From positions 62,001 through 126,000 of the forward strand of contig CDROCS010000582.1 of the NCBI GenBank assembly GCA_977020255.1: a stretch of DNA of 64,000 nucleotides, in the 5' to 3' direction. The translations under genes and the position numbers were made by a program. Below are positions 11,943 to 22,260 of the stretch, piece by piece. The DNA is from Obrimoposthia wandeli. Its lineage: Eukaryota. Numbering within the stretch: the first letter of the stretch is position 1; every line of letters starts with the position of its first letter. A model generated the notes under the pieces. That model searched no databases. It was not told the DNA's origin and worked only from the letters and a program-made list of their open reading frames with translations.

Positions 11943-13744
11943 TTTCTTAGGTAACCTTCAGAATATGCTAAATAAGAAAAATAATTAAGTGTCCCTAATA
12001 TTGGAAAATTATTACACAGAAGTAAAAAACATTGTTATAAATTACATAATGTCAACCTGAAACAAAATAAGGCTATATTTCATTTATATTTTAAAATTCT
12101 TTACATTTATAAGATTTCAACTTTCAATTAAACTTTTTTTTTGTAGAATAAACAGTTAGCATATTCAGTCATTTTCTTAAGAAATAACCTTCACAAAATG
12201 CTAAAAGGAAGTATTATAAAAATTTATATAAAAAATCAAGTATCACCTATATTTATATATAATTGTAATTATTAATCGCATATTACCATGAATTACCTTT
12301 ATAATTATAAGTTTATAAAGAATTTAATATATTAAATATGAAAGGCAACCTCAATTTGAAAAATAAACTTCAAATTCAAGGAGTAGATTCTAATAATAAT
12401 GTTTCTACTATAACCATGTGGTTTTAATTTTAAAATATATATTATATTCCAGTTAAATTGTTACTGCTTCATTTAAAAATTATTTCTTTGGAATTATCTT
12501 ATTACAAAATAATTTAATTTAAAATAATTCCAATACATTTTTCAAAATTTAAATTCAAAAAGTTCATATAAAAATATAATTTAAAAAATAAATTATAGAA
12601 GTAAATTTAAATATCAAAATATTTAGAAAAAATGATACTATACCTTGAATTTACCGTGATATTTGAATTTAAAATTTAAAGTTATAGTGAAATATTTTTA
12701 AGAAATCTCAAAATTAGTTAGTACAAAATGAAGTATGAACGGTCAATTACTAAAATAGTAAAAATACTAAATTTATCATTAAATATAGTGGTTTAAATAA
12801 ATTGTGAATAAATAGACTGAAAACGTTTGATTACTAATAAAATTCATGTGACAAGAAAAGCAAGCTATGAAAGTATAAAACATATATATATATATAATTT
12901 TTCTTAAAATTTATAATAAAAATCCTAAATCCTAAATATATAAATATAATAAACTATAAATGTGTATTCAAATAAGACAGGTTGTTTTGTATCTTGGTTA
13001 CAATACAGTTTGAAACAATCATTTAAACAGCGTTTCTCAATCGGAAGCCATATGCCCTCTCCTGGGTAGGATGAAATATCGACGGAGGCCTCAAGTAAAA
13101 AATATTAGTTTGGGGAACTACAGACTTATTTGATTGACTACAGCAGCTTCCCTCAAAATCACAATAATGTCGTAACTTTTTTGTCAAATATTTCATCTTA
13201 TTTCAACACATTTCTAATTGTGTTTTTTTGTAAATATACAATATGCAATTTTAAAGATTACTATTTAACCTTTAATTAAAGGTCATATGGAAATCATAAT
13301 AATAAAATTTTAGTATTATTTTTCGTAAAATTGTTGTGTTTTTGTTTAATGATTAAATTATTTATTATTTATTTTAAAATTATCATAAATAAAAACAATC
13401 GCTTATGTGGAGAGTTACCGAAAGTAATATGTTGTGAAGGGGAACAATGCGCTAAAATATGTTGAGAATATTGTTTCTTGATCATCAATATGAATATCAG
13501 TGCTTTCACTTTCAAAGCAAGAATACTGATGATGATGATTTATCAAATATAGATTTTTCTTTTAACTGAAAATGATAAACTATTCAACGGTATTTGATTT
13601 TAAACACGTAATGAAATGGACAAGTCATGTCATTCACATACATTATACATAATTCTTTAGGAATATATTCTCCATTATTATCAATAAAACACTCTAAATC
13701 AATAAAAGCCATTGGAAAAAAAATAAAATACTAAAACAATTTAT

Positions 13745-14138
13745 TTGTTTATACTTGAAAATTATTTGTATTGAAGCTTCAACCATAAAAGACTCAGAGG
13801 TCTGCAGTTTTAAGTAAATGGATTCTGACATTTAACTCGATTATAGTAGACTGGAATCTTTTCTTTTTCAAGTGTAGACACCAACTTTGGAGGGTAATAG
13901 AATCCAAAATGATCGAACACTCGAATCTCGAACCTGTCAACGAAAAACTCTATTCAATGTTCACCTGGTAGATTTGAAGTATAAGTATTGATATATTAGC
14001 CTCCAGGTTTTAATGCGGAATTTTATCCAATGAATATACTCCATTTTATTTGTTATTCAATAATATTTTACCCGATTTATAAATTTCTAAAGTACTAATT
14101 TTAATTTTAAAAAATAATGTACAATAAGCTTTCTTCAT
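13745..14138 (-). pseudogene. Polinton B adenain-like cysteine protease, decayed, with a 39-nt intron remnant
   Basis: GVYSLDKIP..GG*YINTYTSNLPGEH*IEFFV..VFDHFGFYYPPK..YYNRVKCQNP aligns with the D protease. ATG-AA at 14138-14134 and the AG acceptor at 14096-14095 give MNTLEI. Confidence 0.85.
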
Positions 14139-15650
14139 ACAATCACAGTTTTATCTTTCGTAATCTATATTTCAGAATCAAATATTCCGTATATCAAAAC
14201 ACTGGTAGGAACAGCAAGAGGAGAATTAAATCTAATTTCAAGTCTTAAATGACCAGTTTTAGGTATCTGAGTAGTGTTTATATCAAAATCTGGAGCTAAT
14301 AGAAAAGTAAAAATTGAACTTCCTGATTTAAAATCAGAAAATCTGATAACATTATTCAAGTTTTTATTTGAAAGATTCATATTTCGAATAATTGATTGCA
14401 TGTATGCTAATGAAAAATTGTTATTATTTAGAATATAAGTCTCGATAAGCTGTATTTCTAGCTATTGATATTGTTGAAACATTAAATGCATTGAACGTAG
14501 AAGATGTGACTTTTTATTCCTTACCATCCTGAGTTGTAGCTTTGAAAGCAATCAAAATGACCTTACGATAGTCTCCGTATATTTGATCATTATTAATTTC
14601 CAAAGAACCCTGAGGAGTTGAATATGTTACTAACTGAGTTTTTCTAATTTGTTGGGGTTTCTATATGAAACTTTTTTTCTAATATAGAACCTCTGAATGG
14701 AGGGCCACAATGTGAGTTCTATAGAAGCAGGGCTTGTCGATGTTTGTGGCCTACTTAATGTTATGCTTGCCTGTCTCTAATTTTATCTGAAGGTTTGTTA
14801 TTTCTAAATTGGAAGGGTCTATAACAACGCTGTCTTGTTGTAGGAAATCGTTTATTATTAAACACACCAAGATAAACACGTTCTAATTACGTTCTAAAAA
14901 TTACAATACAATTCCTAAGACTTTCGCAAAGTCTCTACACAAGTGAGGATGATCCACGTGTTGGGGTTTCTATGTGAAACTGTGTTCTAATATAGATCCT
15001 CTGACTGTGGAGGGCCCCAACGTGAGTTCTATAGAAGCAGGACTTGTAGATGGTTGTGGCCTACTTAAGGTTATGCTTGCCTGTCTCAATTCTTATCTGA
15101 AGGTTTGTTGTTTTGTCTTAATCTGAAGGGTTTAGAACAACAATTTCTAGTTGTAGGAAATCGTTTATTACTAAGCACACTAAACTAACACGAATTAACA
15201 CGTCTAAGTACGTTCTAAAAAGTACAATAAAATTCCTAAGACTTCTGTAAGTCTCTACACAAGTGGGGATGAACCACGTATCGATTTTATTTTAGGGTTG
15301 TTTGTTTACTAGAGTCTTCACTCTAAATTATGGTTAATTTAAAGTATAGACTCCAGAGAGCCGGTTGCTCTAAATATAGGGCAAGTTAAGTTTATGGATT
15401 TTTTCCTAATTCTTCTACTCAAACTTCAATTTATCCCTTCCGAAAACCAATTATATCTTTGAATAAAATCAGTTATTAAAGATCCAATATTATTTCCAAT
15501 AGTCCGAAATTCGATACTATGTCAGTAACAATTAAAATTCAATATTGTATTCCTTCGTAACAATTAAAATTCAATAACAATTAAAATTCAATACTGTATT
15601 CCTTCGTAACAATTAAAGTTCGAGATTATATTACTTTGTAACAATTAAAA

Positions 15651-16089
15651 TTCGACTTTTATAAAATGTGGGCAGAGTCTGATTACTTGCTCTAAATAAT
15701 TCGACTTTATAAAATATGGGCAAAGTTTGATTACTTGCTCTAAATAATTCGACTTTATGAAATATGGGCAAAGTTTGATTACTTGCTCTAAATAATTCGA
15801 CTTTATGAAATATGGGCAAAGTTTGATTACTTGCTCTAAATAATTCGACTTTATGAAATATGGGCAAAGTTTGATTACTTGCTCTAAATAATTCGACTTT
15901 ATGAAATATGGCAAAGTTTGATTACTTGCTCTAAATAATTCGACTTTATGAAATATGGCAAAGTTTGATTACTTGCTCTAAATAATTCGACTTTATGAAA
16001 TATGGGCAAAGTTTGATTACTTGCTCTAAATAATTCGACTTTATGAAATATGGGCAAAGTTTGATTACTTGCTCTAAATAATTCGACTT
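15651..16089. repeat. 48-bp tandem array (~9 near-identical copies) inside solo LTR 4
   Basis: AATTCGACTTTATGAAATATGGGCAAAGTTTGATTACTTGCTCTAAAT; two units are 47 bp. It produces the 16-aa-repeat ORFs in the track. Confidence 0.95.
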
Positions 16090-16469
16090 TGCTTACCTCA
16101 ATTAACGGTGGCTTGCTGATATGAATTCCTCCTTCGATCACCTATGGTCAGTCGTCCTCAAAGAGTCCGCTTAGCTGGATGTACTTCCGTCCAGCGAATT
16201 CTCCAATATTAGGTGGTCCCGCTTGTTTGGTCTGATCAATCTTCCTGAACAAGCAATAATTGTTTCTTTTATCCTCTAAGTCGGTTTCGTTACTTATCTT
16301 GAATATCCTCTGGTAGGTTTAGACGGTTGAGCGTCTAATCGTCTTCTGTGGCGCTCGGACTTTATCGACGAGACTTCTTTATCACTTGATTAATTCTGTA
16401 TATCAAATAATTAACTTCTCTATTAGAACTTAATTACCTTCTTCGCGGATAATGCGGATACTTCTGGCA

Positions 16470-16675
16470 ATTCGCTCAACTTCTGGCAGTTTACTCAACT
16501 TCTTGTAATTCGCTCAACTTCTGGAAATTCGCTCAACTTCTGGTAATTTGCTCAACTTCTGGTAATTCGCTCAACTTCTGGTAATTCGCTCAACTTCTGG
16601 TAATTCGCTCAACTTCTGGCAATTCGCTCAACTTCTGGTAATTCGCTCAACTTCTGGCAATTCGCTCAACTTCTT
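16470..16675. repeat. 19-bp tandem array (~10 copies) inside solo LTR 4
   Basis: AATTCGCTCAACTTCTGG(T/C) repeated head to tail. Confidence 0.93.
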
Positions 16676-19026
16676 TTCGACACACTAAGTAATGGTCGCG
16701 CTCCGAGATCTCTCTTCTTTTATATATTCCTAAAAAATGCAGTGAATTAAATTTGCACTTAAATTAAGTGCTATTACCTTGTCTGGAAATCCGGCTGTTG
16801 ATTTCCCACTGTGGAATTGCGAGGGACGCCGTAGGCAGCTAATTGCTTCTTGTCTGGATCTAATGTGTCGCTAATGGACTTGATTCAATTTTTTTGTCTT
16901 CTCTGATTATCTCTTCTTCTTAATTGATAATAGCCTAATTAATTTTGTTCTGGCTAACTTCTTTTTTCAGGGCTTCCTCGTAATTGTAATTTTGATGGAC
17001 CTTTTGCTTAAATTTTAACCTCTATAAATACTTACGCATCATACATGACCTTCGTGGTCCTTAATATTTAAAATACCATTTCAATTTCGATAATTTTAAT
17101 TTTAATCTAAATTTTGTTTTAATTATGACCTTGTTTCCAAGGATTTTTATTTTACTATAAATTCAATTAATTATTTAATTTTACCAAAACCTAATCCTAA
17201 CACACGTATCGATTTTATTTTAGGGTTGGTGGGTTACTAGAGTTTACTCCAAATTGTGACAAGGTTAAAATGGTAGGTTTTTTGGAAGAGCTGTTTGCTC
17301 GAAAATAGGGATTGAGTTTATATTTTAGAGAGCTGGTTGCTCAAAAATTATGTGTAGATTTTAATAAGATTTCTAAATCAAAACTCTTTTATCTCAGTCT
17401 GATTTTCCAAATCAAATTCCTTACTTAAGACGGGGTCTTTTAGCAAATCAGTAATTATAAACAAAATCGTAAACTTGCTCTAATTTATAGAGTCTTCTAG
17501 TAAATCGGGAATAGTTTATAGAGTCTTCTATTAAATTGGTGATTTTAAAAAAATCAAAACTTGCTCTAATTTATAGAGTCTTCTAGTAAATTGGTGATTA
17601 TAACAAAATCAAAACTTGTACCTCCCCTTTTGACTTCTCACATTCCTCAAATGTGGCAGACTCCGGTTATCTCCGAATATATCGTACGTCCGGTTTCCTC
17701 TCTACGGTTGTGTTCCTCCGTGGGTTCTGATCCGTCTCTCTTTTGCTTGCTTTTCTAAAAAGGAGAATCAATTCGCCTTTCGCGTTGCAGACCCACTTTT
17801 TCTGTTTCTCCTCTGGTTGATTTTTAGCACTCCTTTAACTTCTTTTTCGAGCCAGCCAATTTGTGTTGCTCGGATTTTATCCACGAGTCTTATATATCCA
17901 GAAAGTGTTGTCTCGCTGTTTACTTTCTCCCTCTGTGTCACGACTCCTAAATAATTAATTAACTTGCACTTAGTTTAAGTGCTCCTACCTTCGTTGCTGG
18001 ATTCCGGCTGTTGCTTCGCTGCACGGACTGGAAAGCGGTGACTGAAAATCGATTGCGCTAATGGCGCTAATGTACTTGTCTGAGTGCTTTTGTTTTCGCA
18101 ATTCCGTTTTTCTTCTTAATTGGCCTTCTTTCTTTCTTAATTCTTCTTTTTAATTAACTTTTCTTTTTAATTTAACTCTTGTTTTTTGGGGCCCTTTTCA
18201 ATCTAAACTCTCCTTTAAATACTTACACACGCTTACACATGACCTTCGTGGTCCTAATATTTTCCCGATGGTTTTATTTTTATTTTTATAATTAATTTTA
18301 TCTTAATTATAACCTTGCTTTCAAGGATTTTTTATTTTAGTATAAAAATGATTAATTATTTTAATTTTATCAAAACCTATTCCTAACAAATTGGATAAAC
18401 TGCATTCTGACTTTGCAAACCCAACTGATGTCCAATCATTACTGAAGAATCAACTTTTACTCGTCTGAGAGACAATCTCGCATCTAGAATTTTAATAATT
18501 GGTTTTAAAGTTTCTGAATAGAGCGAAAGATTATGTTGATTTCTCATAAATCTCAAATAAACATTAATCCCTGGAATTAAATATTTTGGTTGATCAAAGA
18601 AATCTGATCTAATTGAATTACACAATGAAAATATTTTAGATTCCCTATTCCATTGTTTACGACTTTCTGCATCATCATCATACCCGACTCATTCATACCC
18701 GACTCTCACTTGGTATCACTACAAAAATTCAAAAGAGTATACGATCCATTTCCTCCTTCAATCTATATATTATCAAATGTTAGAATAACATCTCTAAACA
18801 AAGTTTGAAACATGTAATTCTCTGGAGTTACATCGCTATCTTTCATTAAATCAGTACCATCTTCATTTACAGCTTTTAATTTAATATTTAGCAAAGTATC
18901 ATTCAAATCCAAATAATCTTCTTCAGATGCATGAATATTAAATTCTATGTCATTTAAATTTCCACCAGTAATTGAATTGATTGGAAATCTTTCTTCAAAA
19001 CTTGAATTTTCAATCACTACTGATGA

Positions 19027-19175
19027 TATAAAAATTAAAGTAACTTCTCTATGTCTTGCAATTTTTGTAAATAAATGATTAAAATCAGATTCTTTGTTAG
19101 CCTCTTGATATAAATCATCAATAACAATTACATCACCTTTTACAAGTCTTGTCATCCAATTTTCATCAAAACCGT
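19027..19175 (-). pseudogene. Polinton B packaging ATPase (FtsK/A32-like) fragment, fused in frame to the capsid gene
   Basis: GFDENWMTRLVKGDVIVIDDLY...LFTKIARHREVTLIFI: Walker B (hhhhDD) followed by the LFTxxxRH motif typical of A32-like packaging ATPases. Confidence 0.78.
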
Positions 19176-19477
19176 TAATAATCTTGTAGTGTAAGCATAT
19201 ATTTAATTATATATGATATTATGTCTTGATTAAATTCCACAGTTTGAGTTTGGGTTTGAGAAGTAGTTGAAATAGTGGTAACTGCTGGAGATATAGTTTG
19301 GTAATAATTGTAATATAGTTCATTGGCATAAATAGACCATGCTGCCGGATTAGCTTGAGAAGTCGTTGTTGCAGCTGACCATGTTGTATTTGAGAGATTC
19401 ATCATGTAATTCAAAATTAATAAATTAAAATAAATATTAAAATTAAAACAAACTCTTTTACTCCATTTTGTTTTCAA
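19175..19477 (-). CDS. Thr/Ser/Gln-rich ORF of unknown function in Polinton B
   Basis: ORF track only; low-complexity TTTSQ and TISTTSQTQTQT segments; no recognisable domain. Confidence 0.3.
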   Translation of the reverse strand: MKTKWSKRVCFNFNIYFNLLILNYMMNLSNTTWSAATTTSQANPAAWSIYANELYYNYYQTISPAVTTISTTSQTQTQTVEFNQDIISYIIKYMLTLQDY

Positions 19478-21415
19478 AATTAATTAAAAACGAAATAAAA
19501 TAAAACGGTTTGTTTGTTGCGTAATTATACAATTTTATTGAATAATTATGCAACCAATTACTTAAAGTAATTAAGTAACTACAAAACATGAATTCACTAC
19601 AAATCTTAATGTTTTTTAATTTATTAAATTCTTGGTTTGTTAAACCAGCTTCTCCATCACCACTTTGATACCAATATATTTTATTAAATTAATTTTTAAA
19701 TTAATTTTTAAATATTTTGGATTTTAATAATCTACAAACAAATAAAGTTTTTCTTGAACCACTTGGACCTACTACTTGAAAAGTTGAATTGTTAGTTAAT
19801 AACATTATATATTAACATTAATATAAAATAAATATATAAGAATAAGTACATGTTTATAATAATAACAACATATTATTAAATATTTATTAAACATCAAAAT
19901 ATTCGGTTGCCGTATGAATCCTCCAGATGAGAGTTGTTTCATTCTTCTTATTTATTTTATAACCGAGAATTTTTATTTCAATCATCCAACTTCTTCCATT
20001 TTCTTGAATATCTGAAATCTTTGTTCCGGAACAATCATAAAATTTGCATTTATCACCGCGCATAAATATACACTCGTTCTTCGTCAATCTTCAAATATTT
20101 GATGACATCATTGAGTTGTTGGATGTCTTTGTTGTCAAAATCAGAGACTCGGTAATTGTACTAATTTTTCGATAATGTCACTGTCATATTCATTGGATGA
20201 TTTCATGCAGATGTCAGGAAGAACATATCGCACTCGTAATACTTTTGAAGTGCTTTATAAAACATTTTAAATTGAATGTTTTTATTAGAAATTGATTCCT
20301 ATTTATATAATTTAATTTAATTTATGGCATGATGTCATTAACTTGATTGTGAAAATTTCAATTTCCAAGACCTAAGATTACGACCTTTTCAGATGTGAAA
20401 ATATTCACACACAATGGATTGAAAATATTTAATCTTAAGCCTGGGAAAACTTTAGGGTCAAATGCGCATTTATTACGTAACATATTCTATAATCTGAATA
20501 GATTTATACTTTGACCTAAATCTTCACATACCGTAATTGATTGAATACTAGGTATATTTATTCTTAAAGGGTAAGAAATATTTTTAATAGGAACCTTACA
20601 TCCCATAATCCTACATTTCTTATTTCTAAAAATAAGTTTTGTATAATCTATAATAGGGTAAATTATTACATATGTCCTCAATGTTTAAGTACGGAAAATG
20701 TTGAAATGCATTTGACAGAATATAAAAATGGTGGTAAGAAAACATTATTTAAAGTACCAGTTTTAAGCAAAAGAACTGATATAATTAATGAACCATCAAG
20801 CATAGTAATTCCAGCTCCTACTCCGTCACGAAAACGTAAAATAAATGACAATATACAGACTAAAACATCGTTAGAAAATAGTTATTCAACGATATCCATG
20901 AAAGTTGATCATCTCAATCTTGTAAGTCTTAAGGTTCCAGATGCATTGTTAAACGAACTAGAAAGAATAGTACAGTTAATGGGAAATGCAACGATTCAAT
21001 ACATCATCAGGATGAGGTTTGAAAAGAATGATGGAGAAACTAACGAATGGTATGCTTCGCATCGAGCAATGATTTTTTCACATGCTATAATTTCGGAAAT
21101 GGAAGATACAATGGAATATAAAGTTGAAGAATATTCATTAAAAGGTAGTGGTGGAAAATTGGTGAAAATACATTAATACGCATTTATTGCTACTAAATAT
21201 AGCCAAATTTGTGCATTGTCAGGCCATTCATACATTAAATCAACAAATTTTCTTACCAAATCTAAAGCATCCATAAATATTCCAAACTCTGATAATCTTT
21301 GCTTTATTTATGCAATATTATCAATACTTAAATATAATGAAATAGAATCATGAAGAAATAAACCGAGTAACTACGAAATATTTTAAAATGATTTTGTATA
21401 TTATACCAAAGACAT

Positions 21416-22260
21416 CTTATATGTTTCCGGATCAAATTTTTGTAGGAACTTGTTGTATTTGAGATTAGTTTTTTTCGTAGTTTATGAATTGTTATATAAT
21501 CAAATCGTATAAAAAAAAAATTATAAATCCAATAATTTTTATTTTTCTCTGACGACATCGGCTTAAATATAACTGTGCAAGTGCACACATAAAAAATCGC
21601 ATGCATATTTTTTGTGCAAAGTGCACATAAACACACAAAGATAGCAAAGCACAATGAGGGAGATTTTGGCAGAGAGTTATTCAGGGTATAGCGACTAACT
21701 GAGCTGTCAAATCAAAGGTTAGGGAAAAATATTCAAATTGGAAGAGGAAAAATTCACATTTTACATTGTCGCAAACAGAGGGAGAAATGGTGATAAGGAA
21801 TGGGAAGATGAAGTTCAGAAGCAGCAGAGTGACAACAGAGGGAGAGTTTCGGATATAACTAAAGCCATCAGAAAACCCGACCCGAGCGACATCAGCAGAG
21901 ATTAGCAGCTGACCAATACCGTCACTGCAGTCCAGGCCACCAGCGGCTCAGCTGACAGGAAGTGCGCGTCCGTGTAGACGGATTGTGAAGTTGCCCATCC
22001 AAGAGACAAGACCGGCAGGGAAATGACACTACTGTCCTGGCTGGAGAAGAGAACTGGGAGGAGGAAACTCCTCGATAAAATCACATCACAGACAAAGTCG
22101 CTTCCCTGACGAGCCCGGTAGGGCGAAGTGGGGTTTATACTCCGTCGGAGGCTGATTAAGAAATACCTCCCTGATTGTGGGCATTTTAGTTGTTTATTAA
22201 ATGTAAATTTAAATGAATTGACTAAATTTAATTTCTTAATTTGGAAACTCTAAACCCAAC
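21416..22260. mobile_element. 845-bp GC-richer insertion in polB of B carrying a hammerhead ribozyme (Penelope pLTR / retrozyme-like or LTR-like)
   Basis: AGACAT direct repeat at 21410-21415 and 22261-22266. Excision restores DFVYYTKDMPI (cf. ELQYHGIDFPV in D). The right end AAACCCAACA resembles the long-LTR family end. Confidence 0.6.
22100..22152 (+). ncRNA. Type I hammerhead ribozyme (core variant at positions 15.1/15.2)
   Basis: Stem I GCUUCC(22100-05)/GGAGGC(22147-52); CUGACGA (22106-12); stem II GCCC-GGUA-GGGC; GAA (22125-27); stem III GUGGGGU-UUAU-ACUCCGU; GUC cleavage triplet at 22144-46. The canonical GAAAC reads GAAGU. Confidence 0.85.

Larger units (their letters stand above)
14959..17202 (-). 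mobile_element. Long solo LTR copy 4 (inner, 2244 bp) nested in copy 3, 4-bp TSD CACG
   Basis: CACG at 14955-14958 and 17203-17206; TGTTAGG...CCCCAACA on the minus strand. Confidence 0.9.
14650..18388 (-). mobile_element. Long solo LTR copy 3 (outer, ~1.5 kb without the nested copy), 4-bp TSD AATT
   Basis: Reverse-strand TGTTAGG (18388) ... CCCCAACA (14650); AATT at 14646-14649 and 18389-18392; ~60-bp array at ~17450-17620. Confidence 0.88.
14135..19026 (-). pseudogene. Polinton B major capsid protein (double jelly-roll / hexon-like), split by nested solo LTRs
   Basis: The N-terminal half ends ..GLQSQNAVYPI at 18389 and resumes RKTQLVTYSTPQGS at 14645 once one AATT TSD is removed. C-terminus FTFLLAPDFD..GHLRLEIRF..YGIFDSEI is homologous to 62885-63229. 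Confidence 0.9.

Noticed and set aside
13028-13473. hAT/Charlie-like MITE (CAGCGTTTCTCAA ... TTGAGAATATTG)
   Set aside because: The TIR match is short and imperfect and there is no 8-bp TSD.
15651-16089. Regular 48-bp repeats (and the 42/43-bp array at 2771-3360) as a CRISPR array
   Set aside because: Units are head-to-tail with no unique spacers, there are no cas genes, the context is eukaryotic and the arrays lie inside LTRs.
15631-16141. Three ORFs with 16-aa repeats
   Set aside because: They are by-products of a stop-free 48-bp array; 47-bp units shift the frame, and there is no evidence of coding selection.
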